The notes under the pieces are model-generated. The model was not told the DNA's origin and searched no databases. It was given only the letters and a program-made list of their open reading frames with translations. A stretch of DNA of 64,000 bases from Patescibacteria group bacterium (lineage in GTDB: Bacteria > Patescibacteriota > Minisyncoccia > Ryanbacterales > GWA2-47-10b), in the NCBI GenBank assembly GCA_038064855.1, contig JBBTSE010000007.1, positions 238,097-302,096 on the forward strand, read 5' to 3'. Numbering within the stretch: position 1 is the first letter of the stretch; each line of letters starts with the position of its first letter. Positions 62,193 through 64,000 of the stretch are shown here, piece by piece. The position numbers and the translations under genes are program-made.

Positions 62193-64000
62193 AGCGCCCA
62201 TCCTCAGTATTTCTGCTAGCCAAAATCTCGCGCGCCTTGGCGCCATCACCCGGCCCTACGACACCGCGCTTTTCGAGTAAATCAATGATGCGCGCGGCGC
62301 GTGCGTAACCAACACGCAAGTGGCGTTGTAAGAGCGTCGTCGATGCTTTGCCGGTATCCATGACTACCGCGTATGCTTCTTCGTAGAGTGGATCATCTTC
62401 GTCGTCACCATCGCCGCTGCGACCGTTTGCCTGTGCTTTTGCATTAAGGATTTCTTCATTGTACGCGGGCTCGTTTTCTTGAGTATGGATAAATGCCGTC
62501 ACTTTCTTTACCTCACCATCAGAGACAAACGCTCCTTGTACGCGCTTTGGCTTGCCCGCGTCCCCTGACAGAAAGAGCATGTCGCCATTACCCAAAAGTT
62601 TTTCAGCACCCGCCATATCGATAATCGTACGCGAGTCGATCTGTGAGGCGACCTGAAACGCCATACGGCTTGTGATGTTTGCCTTGATGAGTCCTGTGAT
62701 AACCTCGACCGATGGACGCTGGGTGGCGATGATCAAATGAATGCCAACCGCGCGTGCCATCTGCGCGATACGCACGATTGACGCCTCAACTTCCCTACCA
62801 AATGACGCCATCAAATCCGCAAGCTCATCGATAACAATGACGATATAGGGCATGAACTCATGCGAGCCCGTTGAGTTATATGAAACAATATCGCGAGCCT
62901 TTGCCATCTGTAGGATTTTATAGCGCTCCTCCATCTCGCGTACTGCCCAGCGAAGCGCGGATATTGATTCTTTTGATTCGGTAATAACAGGCGTAAGGAG
63001 ATGCGGCAAATCTTGATAGTGCGCGAGCTCTACGCGCTTTGGGTCAATCATCAAAAGACGAAGCGAGAGTGGGGTATTTTTATATAAAAGACTCATGAGC
63101 ACCGAATGGATGGCAACTGACTTACCGGATCCCGTGGATCCCGCGATAAGCATGTGTGGCATCTTTGCTAAGTCCGCATAGGTCGCCTCGCCTGCTACAT
63201 TTTTACCGAGCGAAAAGGTCAGCGGACCACCACGCTGATATTCTTCTCTTTCAAGAAGACTTCGCAAACCTACCAATGAGATCGTACGGTTCGGAATCTC
63301 AATACCGACAAATGATTTACCCGGTATCGGCGCCTCGATGCGAATGGGATGTGCGGCAAGCGCGAGTGCGAGATCGTTTTGAAGTCCTATGATGCGGGCA
63401 AGTTTCATGCCCTGCGCAGGCTTGAGCGTGTACTGTGTGACTGATGGGCCAACACTCACCTCACCCATCTCAACGGGAATACCAAAATCTTGGAGTGTAC
63501 GCGCGATGATATTGCTATTTGCCTTAATGTCACCTGGTGATGGCTTGCCACGATCATTATCTAAAAGATTGAGTGGTGGCAATACATAATCAGCCGCCTT
63601 GCGCTTGAGCTCTTTCATAATCTCGGGGGAGACATTTTTACGATCATCTTTTTTTACCTCGCGGACCGGCTCAGATGCAGCCATTATCGGCTCGTCATCA
63701 GTAAATGAGGGCGTGGCAAGGATGGGGGCAATCATCTTGATCGGCGCGTTTTCTTCATCTTCCTCATTTCCTTGCAACATTCTTGGCATACGCCTAAGTG
63801 ACGCGTTGAATGTGATGAGCATAGATATCAGAATGAGCGAGACAAAAATAACACCGCTCGCAAATGAATCAAAAAAATAAAGCATGGGTTTGGCCGCATA
63901 CGCGCCTATCAGACCCCCCGTGCGCTCACCAAATCCAATGTCAGCCAAAGCCAAGCTTGATACCAAAAAGAGACCTGCGCCGATAAGCGGCAAGCTGACA
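62182..64000 (-). CDS. ftsK: DNA translocase FtsK/SpoIIIE, C-terminal part; the 5' end lies beyond the window
   Basis: Motor domain Walker A GSTGSGKSV, Walker B IVVIDELADLM, gamma-domain wHTH. The ORF is open to the window edge, with TM segments at its N-terminal side. Confidence 0.9.
   Translation of the reverse strand, partial: VSLPLIGAGLFLVSSLALADIGFGERTGGLIGAYAAKPMLYFFDSFASGVIFVSLILISMLITFNASLRRMPRMLQGNEEDEENAPIKMIAPILATPSFTDDEPIMAASEPVREVKKDDRKNVSPEIMKELKRKAADYVLPPLNLLDNDRGKPSPGDIKANSNIIARTLQDFGIPVEMGEVSVGPSVTQYTLKPAQGMKLARIIGLQNDLALALAAHPIRIEAPIPGKSFVGIEIPNRTISLVGLRSLLEREEYQRGGPLTFSLGKNVAGEATYADLAKMPHMLIAGSTGSGKSVAIHSVLMSLLYKNTPLSLRLLMIDPKRVELAHYQDLPHLLTPVITESKESISALRWAVREMEERYKILQMAKARDIVSYNSTGSHEFMPYIVIVIDELADLMASFGREVEASIVRIAQMARAVGIHLIIATQRPSVEVITGLIKANITSRMAFQVASQIDSRTIIDMAGAEKLLGNGDMLFLSGDAGKPKRVQGAFVSDGEVKKVTAFIHTQENEPAYNEEILNAKAQANGRSGDGDDEDDPLYEEAYAVVMDTGKASTTLLQRHLRVGYARAARIIDLLEKRGVVGPGDGAKAREILASRNTEDGRYVS

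Noticed and set aside
1-64000. CRISPR arrays, rRNA genes, IS elements or transposases
   Set aside because: No spaced short-repeat arrays, no rRNA-like conserved stretches, and no transposase or integrase-like ORFs were found on either strand.

Overview
Most of this 64 kb window is coding. About 80 protein genes are called, roughly three-quarters on the minus strand, plus two tRNAs: tRNA-Gln(UUG) at 40572-40645 and tRNA-Ala(UGC) at 54821-54891. No rRNA, CRISPR array, transposase or integrase is visible.

Housekeeping genes present: DEAD-box helicase, typA/bipA, an ECF sigma factor, dnaX, serS, dut, ddl, recA, a partial ftsK, an FtsQ-like protein, a cold-shock protein, an ABC-F ATPase, a pseudouridine synthase and an AlkD-like DNA repair enzyme.

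Accessory content of note:
- **MacAB-like efflux module (5.2-8.9 kb)**: periplasmic adaptor, ABC ATPase and permease.
- **Copper locus (30.7-34.8 kb)**: Met-rich multicopper oxidase, His-rich CPx-type P1B ATPase and two tiny membrane proteins.
- **Tandem GT-C (GT39/ArnT-like) glycosyltransferases, a lone VirD4/TraG-like ATPase, and a large surface protein with a pilin-like C-terminal domain.**
- **Defence and addiction cluster (13.2-18.8 kb)**, the most interesting stretch. An overlapping three-gene minus-strand module (HTH-XRE + Panacea/DUF4065 antitoxin-like protein, RelE/ParE-like toxin candidate, GxxExxY PD-(D/E)XK protein) sits between two copies of a duplicated remnant of a DHFR-family gene start. 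Next to it is an MmeI-like Type IIG restriction-modification enzyme (937 aa) whose 3' end overlaps a 174-aa ORF carrying an R-x4-H (HEPN-like) motif.
- **Second small cluster downstream of tRNA-Gln (37.5-40.6 kb)**: an HNH endonuclease with a possible SRA-like N-terminus, translationally adjacent to an ASCH (PUA-like) protein.
- **Unannotated 56-aa Cys-rich ORF (22231-22401)**. It and the TspO gene start are each preceded by the same 11-bp-arm hairpin.
- **Protein with two tandem CxxC-x17-CxxC zinc ribbons and a Lys/Ala tail.**
- **Compact high-GC gene cassette (24.97-25.31 kb).**
- **Perfect 32-bp direct repeat** about 57 nt upstream of two consecutive genes beside tRNA-Ala.
- **Two pairs of small paralogous proteins.**

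Gene content and style (GT39 pairs, lone T4CP, weak Shine-Dalgarno usage, many small membrane proteins) are compatible with a Patescibacteria/CPR-like or other small-genome bacterium. That is inference only.
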